Below the pieces are notes generated by a model, which was given only the letters and a program-made list of their open reading frames with translations, made no database searches and had not been told where the DNA came from. From Syntrophus aciditrophicus (GTDB lineage: Bacteria > Desulfobacterota > Syntrophia > Syntrophales > UBA5619): a stretch of 53,407 nt of DNA. A program made the position numbers and the translations under genes. Shown here one piece after another: positions 39,858 to 52,033 of this stretch. Position 1 is the stretch's first letter. The number at the start of each line of letters is the position of its first letter. The stretch spans positions 1-53,407 of the forward strand of contig DYTH01000003.1 of assembly GCA_020726025.1 (NCBI GenBank), given 5' to 3'.

Positions 39858-40640
39858 CTACCGGAAACGCACCTTGCGGCGATACCGTTTATAGCCCTTC
39901 ACCGAAACCTCTTTGGCAATCCCGAGGTAGAACTCCTTGACGTCCTCATCCTCGCGGAGCGCCTCCGGCTTGTCGGCGCGGACAATCCGTCCGTTTTCCA
40001 TCAGAAAGGCAAAATTGGAATATTTAAGCGCCATGTTGACATTCTGCTCGACAACCAGAATCGTCACCCCTTCTTCCCGGTTTATATTGGAGATGATTGT
40101 GAATATCTCCTTCGTCAGAAGAGGCGAAAGACCAAGGGAGGGCTCGTCAAGCATGAGCAGCCTGGGTCGGCTCATCAGGGCCCTTCCGATTGCAAGCATC
40201 TGCTGCTCGCCGCCGCTTAGATGGCCTGCTTCCTGATCGTGCCTTTTTTTGAGGATCGGAAAATAAGTGAATATCCTTTCGACGTCGTCGTTTATCCCCT
40301 TGCGATCCCTTCTGGTATAGGCCCCCATCATGATGTTTTCCATGACGGAAAGCTCCGGGAAAACCTCGCGTCCCTCCGGCACGTAGCTGATGCCCATCCG
40401 GACGATCTCGTCGGTGTTTTTGCGGTCAATCCGCTCCCCGAGAAATTCGATCGTCCCCTTTTCAGGCTGCTCCTCCTTCGAGTCGTAGAGCAGCCGCATG
40501 ATCGTCTTGAGCGTCGTGGTCTTGCCGGCGCCGTTTGCTCCCAGAAGGGCGACGATGTCCCCCTGCTTGACTTCGAAAGAGATGCCGTGAAGGGCCCTTA
40601 TCAAATCATACCAGGTTTCGATATTGTTTACCTTCAGCAT
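39858..40640 (-). CDS. ABC transporter ATP-binding subunit (LivF-like)
   Basis: GANGAGKTT, LSGGEQQM, LDEPSLGL, VEQN. Confidence 0.92.
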   Translation of the reverse strand: MLKVNNIETWYDLIRALHGISFEVKQGDIVALLGANGAGKTTTLKTIMRLLYDSKEEQPEKGTIEFLGERIDRKNTDEIVRMGISYVPEGREVFPELSVMENIMMGAYTRRDRKGINDDVERIFTYFPILKKRHDQEAGHLSGGEQQMLAIGRALMSRPRLLMLDEPSLGLSPLLTKEIFTIISNINREEGVTILVVEQNVNMALKYSNFAFLMENGRIVRADKPEALREDEDVKEFYLGIAKEVSVKGYKRYRRKVRFR

Positions 40641-41413
40641 CAGCTCTCCTCCCCAAGATACGCCTTGATGACCTCAGGGTGGCTCTGGACAACTGCCGCT
40701 GTTCCTTCAACAATTTTCTGTCCCTGATTAACCGCCAGTATGCGGTCGGAAATGCCCATGATCATCTTCATATCGTGCTCGATCAGCAAAATGGTCACTT
40801 TATAGTCGGCCTGAATGTCCTTTATCCAGATGTTGAGGTCTTCCTTTTCCTCGGTATTCATCCCGGCTGACGGTTCATCGAGAAGAAGCACCTGCGGCTC
40901 CAGGGCCAGCGCCCTGCCCAGTTCGACAAGTTTTCTTTTTCCATAGGGAAGACTGCCCACAAAGGTGTTGCGAACGGACTGAAGATCAAGAAAGTCGATG
41001 ATTCCCTCCACCAGTTCACGGTTGGCTATCTCCTCCCGTGCGGCGGAGGAGCCCCTTCCCCACATGAAGGCGCCTTTGAATATCCCCGTTTTCATGTGGA
41101 GGTGTCTTCCCAGCATCAGGTTATCCATCACCGACGCATTTCCAAAAAGCTCGATGTTCTGGAAGGTGCGGGCAACCCCCCGGCGGGCGATCCGATCCGG
41201 GGTGAGCCCCACCAGATTTTCTCCGTTGAAGACAATGCTGCCATGATTCGGCTGGTATATTCCGCTGATCATGTTGAAAATCGTGGTTTTGCCGGAACCG
41301 TTTGGCCCGATGATGGAAAAGATCGTATTCTTCTCGACGCTGAAGCTGATATCGTTGACCGCCTTCAGGCCGCCGAAGCTGATGCTTAAATTTTCTACCT
41401 TAAAATGATCCAT
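40640..41413 (-). CDS. ABC transporter ATP-binding subunit (LivG-like)
   Basis: GPNGSGKTT, ARTFQN, LPYG, LDEPSAG, IEHDM, AYLG. Confidence 0.92.
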   Translation of the reverse strand: MDHFKVENLSISFGGLKAVNDISFSVEKNTIFSIIGPNGSGKTTIFNMISGIYQPNHGSIVFNGENLVGLTPDRIARRGVARTFQNIELFGNASVMDNLMLGRHLHMKTGIFKGAFMWGRGSSAAREEIANRELVEGIIDFLDLQSVRNTFVGSLPYGKRKLVELGRALALEPQVLLLDEPSAGMNTEEKEDLNIWIKDIQADYKVTILLIEHDMKMIMGISDRILAVNQGQKIVEGTAAVVQSHPEVIKAYLGEES

Positions 41414-41527
41414 TTCGAGGAATTTCCATGTATTGAATTCGGTATCGGTGGGTAATCACCATCTCCATGCAAAGAAGGCAGCCCCCGGGCGCATGCCGAT
41501 TGCCGGGAAGCTGCCTGAAAAGTTCTC

Positions 41528-42724
41528 TTATTTGTTCCAGGTGGCCAGGTCGTTTTTCGTCCAGCCCTGAAGCTCGATGTAGCTGCCGTTCGGACCGCAC
41601 TTCTGAATCATGACCGAATCGGTGCCCTGATGCTGTTTTTCCGACCAGGTGACAGGGGGACCAAGTGTCTGGTGACCCTTCACGGAATTCAACGCTTTGA
41701 GCAGCGACTCGGTGCTCAGGTTTCTTCCGGCCTTTTTCAGCGCGTCAACGATCGGATCGGCGAAGAGAAGTCCCGCCATATAGAAGGTGCCCCAGCGCTC
41801 CTGCGGGGCAAGCCTCTTGGCCGCCTCACGGTACTTCACCACATATTTGTTGGTGGTGGAAGTGGGGATATCGCCGAAGGCGCCGGTGATAACGCCTTCC
41901 CAGAGGCCGCCGGTGATCTTGAACATCAGCGGATAATCAGAAAGGGTATCCGAGGAAACCCACTGCGGTTTGAAGCCGACATTGGCGCTTGTCTTGAGCG
42001 CGATGGCGGCCGTCGTGGGACCGACATACATCAGAACGGTATCCGCGCCGGAATTCTTTAGACGCAGAATCTGTGAGCCCAGATCCTTTTCCGTCGGCTC
42101 CACGGAAATTTCGGCGACAAACTGCATCCTGTAAGTGGCCAGCCTGTCCTTTGCCCCGTCAAGACCATCCTTCCCATAGGCGTCGTTCTGATACAATATG
42201 GCAATCTTTTTTGATTTCAGATTTTCAACGATGTACTTCGCCAGAATGCTCGCCTCATCCTTGTAGAGAGGATAGACGGCAAACAGATAGGGATTAAGGG
42301 GCTTGATGAAGTTGTCATCGGCGGCGGAAGGTCCCACCCAGACGATTTTGTTCTGGGCAAGGTAATCCTTGACCGCCATGCCGGTGGCAGACCCAACGCC
42401 GCCGACGAAGGCGAAGACGCCCTGACGCTCGACCAGTTCCTTCACCACGGCCGATGTCTGGGCGGGATTGTACATGTCATCCCGAATGAAATACTTTATT
42501 TTCCGACCGTTGATGCCGCCTTCCTCGTTTACGATATCAAAGAGAAGCTTGCTTCCCCGGGCCACCGAACCCCAGGGCGCGGCCGGCCCGGTCTGGGGGC
42601 CCCACTGGCCGATGCGGATTTCGTTATCGTCAAACCCCGGCGGATTGGCTGCCAGGGACACGCCTGACCACGCCACCGTCGCCGCCAGTACAACCATTGC
42701 GACAAACAATTTCTTCTTGTCCAT
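41528..42724 (-). CDS. ABC transporter substrate-binding protein (Liv-type)
   Basis: Signal peptide; GP.TGPAA, GGINGRKI, DDMYNP, YQNDAYGKDG. Confidence 0.9.
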   Translation of the reverse strand: MDKKKLFVAMVVLAATVAWSGVSLAANPPGFDDNEIRIGQWGPQTGPAAPWGSVARGSKLLFDIVNEEGGINGRKIKYFIRDDMYNPAQTSAVVKELVERQGVFAFVGGVGSATGMAVKDYLAQNKIVWVGPSAADDNFIKPLNPYLFAVYPLYKDEASILAKYIVENLKSKKIAILYQNDAYGKDGLDGAKDRLATYRMQFVAEISVEPTEKDLGSQILRLKNSGADTVLMYVGPTTAAIALKTSANVGFKPQWVSSDTLSDYPLMFKITGGLWEGVITGAFGDIPTSTTNKYVVKYREAAKRLAPQERWGTFYMAGLLFADPIVDALKKAGRNLSTESLLKALNSVKGHQTLGPPVTWSEKQHQGTDSVMIQKCGPNGSYIELQGWTKNDLATWNK

Positions 42725-42824
42725 AATCTACCCTCCTCATCTGTGGTTTTCAGGATTTACCTTCTTGGACGCCCTACCTCCGCGGTTCAGTAAAATACTG
42801 AACAATATCAGTAATTTCGTGTCG

Positions 42825-43700
42825 CTAAACCTTTTTGACATAATGTTTTGCAAAAAGACCGCTCGGCTTTATACAGAGTACCAGGACAATGACGATGAAA
42901 GCGACAATCGGCTTCCACTCAGGCCAGATATAACCGAAATAATTTTCGATAAGCCCCATAAGTCCCCCCCCGATGATCACACCGGGAATGCTCATCAGTC
43001 CCCCAAGAACCGCTGCGGCAAAGGCGCGCAAAAAGGGCTCCATCATAAACGCGGGATCAAGCGTCGCCCGGGAGGCGAAGAACATGCCGGCAATCGCCCC
43101 GATCAAAGAGCTGAACCCCCACGCGAACGAAAAGACCCGCTCGGTCCTTATCCCCATGATTTTGGCTGCATTTTTATTCTGCTGAGTGGCCCGCATCGCG
43201 GTTCCCAGCCGGGTATATTTGAAAAAGACAAAAAGGATTAGCATGATCAGCGAAGAAACGGAAAGAACGGCGATGGACCAGTTGTTGATGATCATCCCTT
43301 TGATCGGTTCATAGGTGACGGAAGGATTGATGGGAAGGGCAAAAAACTGCTGCTCGGCGCCCCATTTCCAGCTTGCCAGCCCCATCAGAAACATCTCCGC
43401 CCCCAGCGTGATGACGATCATCCCCAGGATCGTCGGGTGTTTGGCAGGGCGCAGAAACAAAAATTCGATCAGAACGCCCATCGCTATCGAAAAGAGCATC
43501 GTGATCAAAAAGGCCATCCAGAAGGGGTAGCCGTAGAAATTGAGGATATGAAAGGCGACAAACGTGGAAAACATCGCCATCTCCCCCTGGGCAAAATTGA
43601 CAACTTCCGATGTCTTGTAAATGATCACCACCGCCGTGGCGAAAAGACCATAGCAGGCGCCGATCGCCAATCCTTCCACAAAAAGCTGACCAAAGGGCAT
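42825..43700 (-). CDS. ABC transporter permease (LivH-like)
   Basis: GLAIG..YGL, VNFAQGE, TRLGTAMRA, AAVLGGL. Confidence 0.9.
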   Translation of the reverse strand: MPFGQLFVEGLAIGACYGLFATAVVIIYKTSEVVNFAQGEMAMFSTFVAFHILNFYGYPFWMAFLITMLFSIAMGVLIEFLFLRPAKHPTILGMIVITLGAEMFLMGLASWKWGAEQQFFALPINPSVTYEPIKGMIINNWSIAVLSVSSLIMLILFVFFKYTRLGTAMRATQQNKNAAKIMGIRTERVFSFAWGFSSLIGAIAGMFFASRATLDPAFMMEPFLRAFAAAVLGGLMSIPGVIIGGGLMGLIENYFGYIWPEWKPIVAFIVIVLVLCIKPSGLFAKHYVKKV

Positions 43701-43749
43701 ATCTACCACCTTCCCGAAAGTGTATTTCTTTCCATTATGAATGCATTCT

Positions 43750-44820
43750 TTAAAATGGCCAGGTCATCCAGTATTTCTTGAAGCGTATCCATATCCCGAA
43801 CATCCCGAGCGGCTCGAAGATGATGATGCCGATCATGATCAGCCCGATGGCCATGCTGCTGAAATTCTCCAGGCCGACTGTGGTGAACCACTTGTCGGAT
43901 ATGTAGAGCATGAACTTGCCGAAATAGGGAACTTCGGCAATATTCTTGAAAAGATCGTATTGCAGATAGGTTATCAGCGTCGCGCCCATGATGCTCCCCG
44001 AGACCGTGCCGAGACCGCCGACCACGACCATGACCAAAAACATGATCGACAGAATCATGTTGAAGGTGAACGGGTCGAAGAATCCGAGAATAAAGCCGAA
44101 GAGCCCCCCGGCGATTCCCGCATAGAAGGCGCTTACTGCAAAGGCCAGCGTTTTGTAGATGGTCAGATTTACCCCGATGACCTCCGCAGCGATATCGCTG
44201 TCCCGGATTGCAACGAATGAACGACCGACGCGCGTTTTCAGGATATTGACCGCACCCACGACCATGATCACCGCAATAATGAGTATAAGGTAGTATTTCT
44301 GAAGATCATTTGTAACCGGGAGACTCAACCCAAGCTGCGGAATTCCCAGATCGAGGACGGGGGTCTTGAGCCCCATGCGCCCGCCGAAGATTTTCATGGC
44401 GCCGATGATATGCATGATCGTCAGGCCGAAACCGAGCGAGGCAATGGCCAGATAGGGACCTTCAAGCCGCAGGGCGGGCAGCCCCAGAATAAAGCCGAAA
44501 AAGGCGGCGACAAAAGCGGCAATGATGATGGCGGCGACAAAGGGGATGTGAAATGTTGACATGAGCATGGCCGTTCCATAAGCTCCTATGGCAAAAAAAC
44601 CGGCATGGCCCAGGGATATCTGTCCGGTGGAACCGACAAGAATATTGAGACCGACGGCCAGTATCACATGCACCATGATAACATTCAGCAGGTATATGTA
44701 GTAGTTTGGCGCGTAAAGAGGAAAGGTGAACAGTCCCAAAAGAAGCGCCGCCGACCAGAAGAGAACCACCCCGCTCTTGAAAAGCTGAACGTCCTCATAG
44801 TACTCGCGTTTCATATCCAT
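43750..44820 (-). CDS. ABC transporter permease (LivM-like)
   Basis: GLNILVG.TGQISLGHAGF..IGAY, RLEGPYLAI, GRSFVAIRD, VVGGLG. Confidence 0.9.
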   Translation of the reverse strand: MDMKREYYEDVQLFKSGVVLFWSAALLLGLFTFPLYAPNYYIYLLNVIMVHVILAVGLNILVGSTGQISLGHAGFFAIGAYGTAMLMSTFHIPFVAAIIIAAFVAAFFGFILGLPALRLEGPYLAIASLGFGLTIMHIIGAMKIFGGRMGLKTPVLDLGIPQLGLSLPVTNDLQKYYLILIIAVIMVVGAVNILKTRVGRSFVAIRDSDIAAEVIGVNLTIYKTLAFAVSAFYAGIAGGLFGFILGFFDPFTFNMILSIMFLVMVVVGGLGTVSGSIMGATLITYLQYDLFKNIAEVPYFGKFMLYISDKWFTTVGLENFSSMAIGLIMIGIIIFEPLGMFGIWIRFKKYWMTWPF

Positions 44821-45147
44821 AAAAGACAACCCCTTGTTTGAGTATTAAGCTGCCAGAACCAGCCCGGACATCACAGAAAACAGAACACTAAACCAGAATA
44901 TGAAAATCCGCAAAGATGAATCCCTGTAAAACAGCGGCATCGAGGACTCATCAAGAAATATATGCAGGCAACCACATGGCGGGCGATCCATAAACCCGCA
45001 TAGAATCCAACAAGGTGATAGATTTAACAGCAACCCGGCAAAGCTGTCAAGGACTTTTTGCCGTCTGTCTTTCACACACCCCCGCATTTATCTTGACACG
45101 CCATTGCGAACCAATTATCCTTACAAAAAAAAGGAAGGCATGCCAAT

Positions 45148-45280
45148 GAGCCGATTGCAAAAGTCCCGAAGAGAAAAGAATTTGTCATTTCAGCGAACGT
45201 GGGAATCCAGTCCTTTCAGTACTTTACAAAAATTTCTGGATTTCCGTTTACACGGGAATGACGACTTTTGCTGTTGGCTC
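45148..45280. mobile_element. Complete, degenerate MITE (family B), 133 bp, with 4-bp target-site duplication
   Basis: Terminal IRs GAGCCGATTGCAAAAGTC / GACTTTTGCTGTTGGCTC (15/18). CAAT duplicated at 45144-45147 and 45281-45284. Internal GTCATT...GGAATCCAG and CTGGATT...GGAATGAC arms. Confidence 0.8.
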
Positions 45281-45286
45281 CAATAA

Positions 45287-45472
45287 ATGAAATATTTTAT
45301 CTGCGTCATTGGAATGGTTCTGGTCATCGAAGGGCTCCCCTATATGACCTATCCGGAGTGGACAAAGGCCTGCCTTCGCAAACTCATGGAAATATCGAAT
45401 GCCTCCCTGCGCGTAACGGGGCTCCTGGCCGTCTCGATCGGGCTCCTTCTTGTCTATTTTGGAACAAGGTAG
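45287..45472 (+). CDS. DUF2065-family small membrane protein
   Basis: IGMVLVIEGLPY..P..., LR..GL motif; 61 aa. Confidence 0.8.
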   Translation: MKYFICVIGMVLVIEGLPYMTYPEWTKACLRKLMEISNASLRVTGLLAVSIGLLLVYFGTR

Positions 45473-45563
45473 TCTGATTTCTCCCTATTGCCTTTTATTC
45501 GTTGACTTTCGGGAAGCTTTCTGTTTATCTCCCGCAACTTTATCAAAGGCGGCGTCGGTAGGA

Positions 45564-47733
<2,170 letters not shown>

Positions 47734-47775
47734 CTGACAACAAAGACATTACAGAAACAAAAGGAGGTATGTACA

Positions 47776-48108
47776 ATGATTGATTCAGCATTTGCAATGG
47801 CCCCGCCCGGCGGCGGCGGAGGAGCCGCTGGTGGAGGAGATATCAGCTTCATCATCATGATGGCGGTGCTTTTTGGGATTTTCTATTTTTTGATGATCAG
47901 ACCGCAGCAGAAAAAGCAGAAGGAAATTAAAAGCATGATTGCCAACCTGGCCCACGGGGATACGGTAATGACCTCCGGCGGCATTCAGGGCAAGGTAGCC
48001 GGCCTGACGGAAACAGTCGTCACGCTGGAAATAGCCGACAAGGTGAAGATCAAGGTGAACAGGAACTTCATTTCAGCCGTCCTACAGAAGGGAACCTCCG
48101 GAGAGTAA
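47776..48108 (+). CDS. yajC: Preprotein translocase subunit YajC
   Basis: FYFLMIRPQQKKQK, GD.V.TSGGI.G; lies between tgt and secD. Confidence 0.95.
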   Translation: MIDSAFAMAPPGGGGGAAGGGDISFIIMMAVLFGIFYFLMIRPQQKKQKEIKSMIANLAHGDTVMTSGGIQGKVAGLTETVVTLEIADKVKIKVNRNFISAVLQKGTSGE

Positions 48109-48234
48109 CCGGTTTCACCGTCTTCTACCGGAATTCTCTGGAACGGCAACGGCAAATTATTTAACCATAAACGGCTTGCAGGTCCTGCAGACGATACCTG
48201 ATTGGCGGCAGCCGACAATCGAAAGGGGTTAAAC

Positions 48235-49836
48235 ATGTTGAAAAGCATCAGAATAAGGGCCGCCATTGTGGTTTTGATCTGCTTGGCGGCGCTTGTCTAT
48301 CTGGCGCCCTCCCTCACCACCAATCTTCCCGAAAGCTGGAAAAAATACCTCCCCATGGACAAAATCCACCTTGGTCTCGATTTGCAGGGGGGAATGCACC
48401 TTGTCCTGGAAGTGGATACGGAAAAGGCTGTGGAAAGCACGCTGGCAAGATCGATAAACGACCTGAAGGAAACCATGATGGACAAAAGGATACGCTTCAG
48501 GATAACCACAAATGCCGCCGGAGGAAACGCGGTCTTTGAATTCCCCGATACACCCTCCCGTGAGGCGTTTGATTCCCTTCTTGCCAAACAGTACCCCGAT
48601 CTGGAGGTTGCCTCTTCCGGAGCCGTGGCAGGCAAAGGAACGGCAACGGTTAAAATCAAGGACAAACGCGCCCTTGAAATCAAAAAGATGGCGGTGGAAC
48701 AGAGCCTCGAGACCATCCGCAACCGGGTTGACCAGTTCGGCGTAACCGAACCGGAAATCATTCCCCAGGGCGATGACCGCATCATCGTTCAGCTTCCCGG
48801 CATCAAAGACACGACCCGCGCCAAAAACCTGATCGGCCGCACGGCCATGCTGGAGTTCAAACTCGTTGACGACGAAAACAGCATTGAAGAGGCGCTGAAA
48901 GGCAATGTCCCCGAAGGCGATGTCGTCGCCTATGAATCGCGTCTTGACAGAGCATCCGGTCGGAAAAACGAAATTCCCCTCCTTCTCAAAAGCAGAACCC
49001 TGATGACCGGGGACGCGCTTGAAACCGCCAAGGTGCAAATCGGGGACCGCTTCGGCGAGCCCCATGTCTCGATCAAATTCAACGCACAGGGGGCAACCGA
49101 ATTTGACCGGATCACCGGAGAAAACGTCAAAAAACGGCTCGCCATTGTCCTTGACGGCGTCGTTCATTCAGCGCCGGTCATTCAGGAGAGGATTTCCGGA
49201 GGAGACGCCCAGATCACCGGATCATTCACGATGGAGGAGGCCACCGACCTCGCAATTGTGCTGCGCGCAGGCGCCCTTCCCGCGCCGGTTACCATTCTCG
49301 AAGAGAGAACCGTAGGCCCGTCGCTTGGTCAGGATTCCATCGACAAAGGAACCCGGGCCAGCCTTATTGCCGGGATTCTGGTTCTTTTATTCATGCTGGC
49401 CTACTACAGACTGACGGGTATTGTCGCCGACGTCGCGCTGACAATGAACATGCTGCTTCTTCTGGGGGTAATGGTCATCTTCAAGGCAACCCTGACCCTC
49501 CCCGGCATCGCCGGCATCGTCCTCACCATAGGCATGGCGGTTGACGCCAACGTCCTGATCAATGAGAGGATTAAAGAAGAACTCAGCCTGAAAAAGACGC
49601 CCCGGGCGGCGATCGAGGCAGGTTATCAAAAGGCCTTTCTGACCATTTTTGACTCCAATGTTACAACCCTGGTTGCCGCGCTTTTTCTGTTCGGCTTTGG
49701 AACCGGCCCCATCAAAGGATTCGCCGTGACGCTCACCATCGGCATATTGGTCAGCATGTTTACTGCGGTCTTTGTTACGAGGATCATCTTCGATTATTTC
49801 ATCTGGAATCGTAAGATAGAAAAGATAAGCATCTAA
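48235..49836 (+). CDS. secD: Protein translocase subunit SecD
   Basis: LGLDLQGG, IRNRVDQFGV.EP, LRAGALPAP, VGPSLGQDSI, GMAVDANVLI.ERI. Confidence 0.96.
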   Translation: MLKSIRIRAAIVVLICLAALVYLAPSLTTNLPESWKKYLPMDKIHLGLDLQGGMHLVLEVDTEKAVESTLARSINDLKETMMDKRIRFRITTNAAGGNAVFEFPDTPSREAFDSLLAKQYPDLEVASSGAVAGKGTATVKIKDKRALEIKKMAVEQSLETIRNRVDQFGVTEPEIIPQGDDRIIVQLPGIKDTTRAKNLIGRTAMLEFKLVDDENSIEEALKGNVPEGDVVAYESRLDRASGRKNEIPLLLKSRTLMTGDALETAKVQIGDRFGEPHVSIKFNAQGATEFDRITGENVKKRLAIVLDGVVHSAPVIQERISGGDAQITGSFTMEEATDLAIVLRAGALPAPVTILEERTVGPSLGQDSIDKGTRASLIAGILVLLFMLAYYRLTGIVADVALTMNMLLLLGVMVIFKATLTLPGIAGIVLTIGMAVDANVLINERIKEELSLKKTPRAAIEAGYQKAFLTIFDSNVTTLVAALFLFGFGTGPIKGFAVTLTIGILVSMFTAVFVTRIIFDYFIWNRKIEKISI

Positions 49837-49897
49837 TACAGCGACGCGATGCTCGAGTGGAAGAAAAAGTGAGGAGATTGTTTACAAGGAGAATTGA

Positions 49898-50809
49898 ATG
49901 GAAATAATAAAATCGGAAACCCGTTATAACTTCGTAAGGCTGATGAAGCCGGCGACCATTGTGTCGCTTGCGGTTATTATAATCGGGATTGTTTCACTGA
50001 TATGGCATGGAGGCCCCAACTACGGCATTGATTTTGCCGGAGGCACCCTGATTCAGATAAAATTTAAAAACGCCACCCACACCGATAAGATACGCGGCGC
50101 CTTTCAGGAGGCTGGCTTCGCGGGAAGCATCATCCAGGACTACGGACCGCTGGAGGCGCTGGTTAGAACCACCGAACCAGGCAAGAATGCTGCCGAATTG
50201 TCGTCCGATGTAGAAAAGGCCGCGACGACTGCTTTCGGCGCCGGCAGCTACGAGATCCGGCGCATCGAGATGGTCGGCCCCAAGGTAGGCAAAGACCTGA
50301 CCCGCAAGGCAATTCTGGCGATCATCTTTTCGTGGCTGGGGATTCTCGTTTACGTGGGGGTAAGATTCGAATTCCGCTACGCCCTCGGAGGAATCGTCGC
50401 CCTTGTTCACGACGTGCTGGTCACGATCACCTTCCTGTCGCTCTTCGGCAAGGAGTTCGATCTCAATATCGTTGCCGCGCTGCTTACAATCGTCGGGTAT
50501 TCGATCAACGACACCATCGTCATTTTTGACAGGATACGGGAAAATGCACGCAAAAACATCAAGCAATCCTTAAACGACATCATCAATGCCAGCGTCAACC
50601 AGACGTTAAGCCGGACAATTCTAACCTCGCTTACCGTTCTGATCGTCCTTCTGGTTCTGTTTTTCTTCGGCGGCCAGGTGATTCACGATTTCGCCTTCGC
50701 TCTGATTATCGGAACAATATCGGGTGTCTATTCAACCGTGTTCATTGCCAGTCCGATTGTCCTGCTTTTTGAGAAGATCCGGCCCTCCGGGCTCAAAAGG
50801 AAAAAATAG
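49898..50809 (+). CDS. secF: Protein translocase subunit SecF
   Basis: GIDFAGG, VGPKVG, HDV, GYSINDTIVIFDRIRE, QTLSRT. Confidence 0.96.
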   Translation: MEIIKSETRYNFVRLMKPATIVSLAVIIIGIVSLIWHGGPNYGIDFAGGTLIQIKFKNATHTDKIRGAFQEAGFAGSIIQDYGPLEALVRTTEPGKNAAELSSDVEKAATTAFGAGSYEIRRIEMVGPKVGKDLTRKAILAIIFSWLGILVYVGVRFEFRYALGGIVALVHDVLVTITFLSLFGKEFDLNIVAALLTIVGYSINDTIVIFDRIRENARKNIKQSLNDIINASVNQTLSRTILTSLTVLIVLLVLFFFGGQVIHDFAFALIIGTISGVYSTVFIASPIVLLFEKIRPSGLKRKK

Positions 50810-50811
50810 CC

Positions 50812-51324
50812 TTGAGCCCGCTTGAAATTTTGGGAACCGGTTTTTTCATTCTCATTTTGCTGCTTGGTATCTTCTCGATACTCTTCGGCATTCCCGGAAC
50901 GGTGATCATCCTGATCGACGCGGCCCTTTACGCCGCGTTGACAGGATTTGACAGAATCGGCTGGAAAACTCTGGCAACACTCCTCGTTCTCTCGATTCTT
51001 GCCGAATTGTCGGATTTCGCCATCGGTATGGCCGGCGCAGTAAAATTCGGCGCATCGAAACAGTCGCTCATTGCTTCAGTCGCCGGAAGCATCGTTGGCG
51101 CCGCAATGCTGGCGCCTTTTTTACTGGGAATAGGAGCTGTCATGGGGGCCTTCATCGGCGGTTTCGCCGCTGTTTTTATAGTCGAGACACTCAAACAGTT
51201 CAACATGAAACCGGCGTTAAGGGCCGCCTGGGGAACTTTTATCGGCAGGGCGGCCGGCATCTGCGTAAAAGGGGCGTTCGCTCTGGCAATGACGGCGATA
51301 ACACTCTCGGGAGTCTATGGTTAA
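50812..51324 (+). CDS. DUF456-family membrane protein
   Basis: Gly-rich hydrophobic helices with IPG and KFGASK motifs; TTG start. Confidence 0.75.
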   Translation: MSPLEILGTGFFILILLLGIFSILFGIPGTVIILIDAALYAALTGFDRIGWKTLATLLVLSILAELSDFAIGMAGAVKFGASKQSLIASVAGSIVGAAMLAPFLLGIGAVMGAFIGGFAAVFIVETLKQFNMKPALRAAWGTFIGRAAGICVKGAFALAMTAITLSGVYG

Positions 51325-51406
51325 ACCATCTGCGGACAGTCTCATCCGGCGTGGTAAAACCAGTTTCACCACGCATAACATTCAGGACATCATGTAAGGG
51401 AGATCA

Positions 51407-52018
51407 ATGACCCAGCAAAAATCAAAATTCAGGGAATACGTTGAAGCGATCGTTCTGGCCGTTGTCATCGCCTTTTTCGTAAGGACATTCATTATTCAGG
51501 CTTACAAAATTCCATCCGGTTCGATGAAGCCGACTCTTCTGATTGGAGACCACCTGCTGGTGACCAAATTCAACTACGGGGTCAAGCTCCCTTTGCTGCG
51601 CTCCATGCTGATCCCTTTAGGCGAGCCCAAGCGGGGGGATATAGTTGTCTTCATTTATCCGGAAGACCGCTCCAAGGATTTCATCAAACGGATGGTCGGC
51701 CTTCCCGGAGACACGATAGAGGTCCGAGACAAGAAGGTGTTCATCAACAACCTCCCCTGGAACGACCCGTACGGCAGGCATGTTGACAGCCTTATGATTC
51801 CCGGCGCCGTACAGCCGCGCGACAACTTCGGCCCGGTCACCGTCCCCGCCGGTTCCTTCTTCGTCATGGGAGACAACCGCGACGAAAGCTACGACAGCCG
51901 TTTCTGGGGATTTGTCAAGCAGCAGGACATACTCGGAAAGGCGCTGATCATTTACTGGTCATGGAACAGCGAAGAAAGCGGCGTCCGCTGGAGCAGAATC
52001 GGAAAAATTCTCAACTGA
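51407..52018 (+). CDS. lepB: Signal peptidase I
   Basis: IPSGSMKPTL (Ser), FIKR (Lys), MGDNRDESYDSRFWG. Confidence 0.95.
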   Translation: MTQQKSKFREYVEAIVLAVVIAFFVRTFIIQAYKIPSGSMKPTLLIGDHLLVTKFNYGVKLPLLRSMLIPLGEPKRGDIVVFIYPEDRSKDFIKRMVGLPGDTIEVRDKKVFINNLPWNDPYGRHVDSLMIPGAVQPRDNFGPVTVPAGSFFVMGDNRDESYDSRFWGFVKQQDILGKALIIYWSWNSEESGVRWSRIGKILN

Positions 52019-52033
52019 TTCGGGGTGACTCGC

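Noticed and set aside
47776-52018. Functional link between yajC-secDF-lepB and the secondary SecA
   Set aside because: queA-tgt-yajC-secD-secF is a widespread housekeeping arrangement about 45 kb away; proximity is not evidence.
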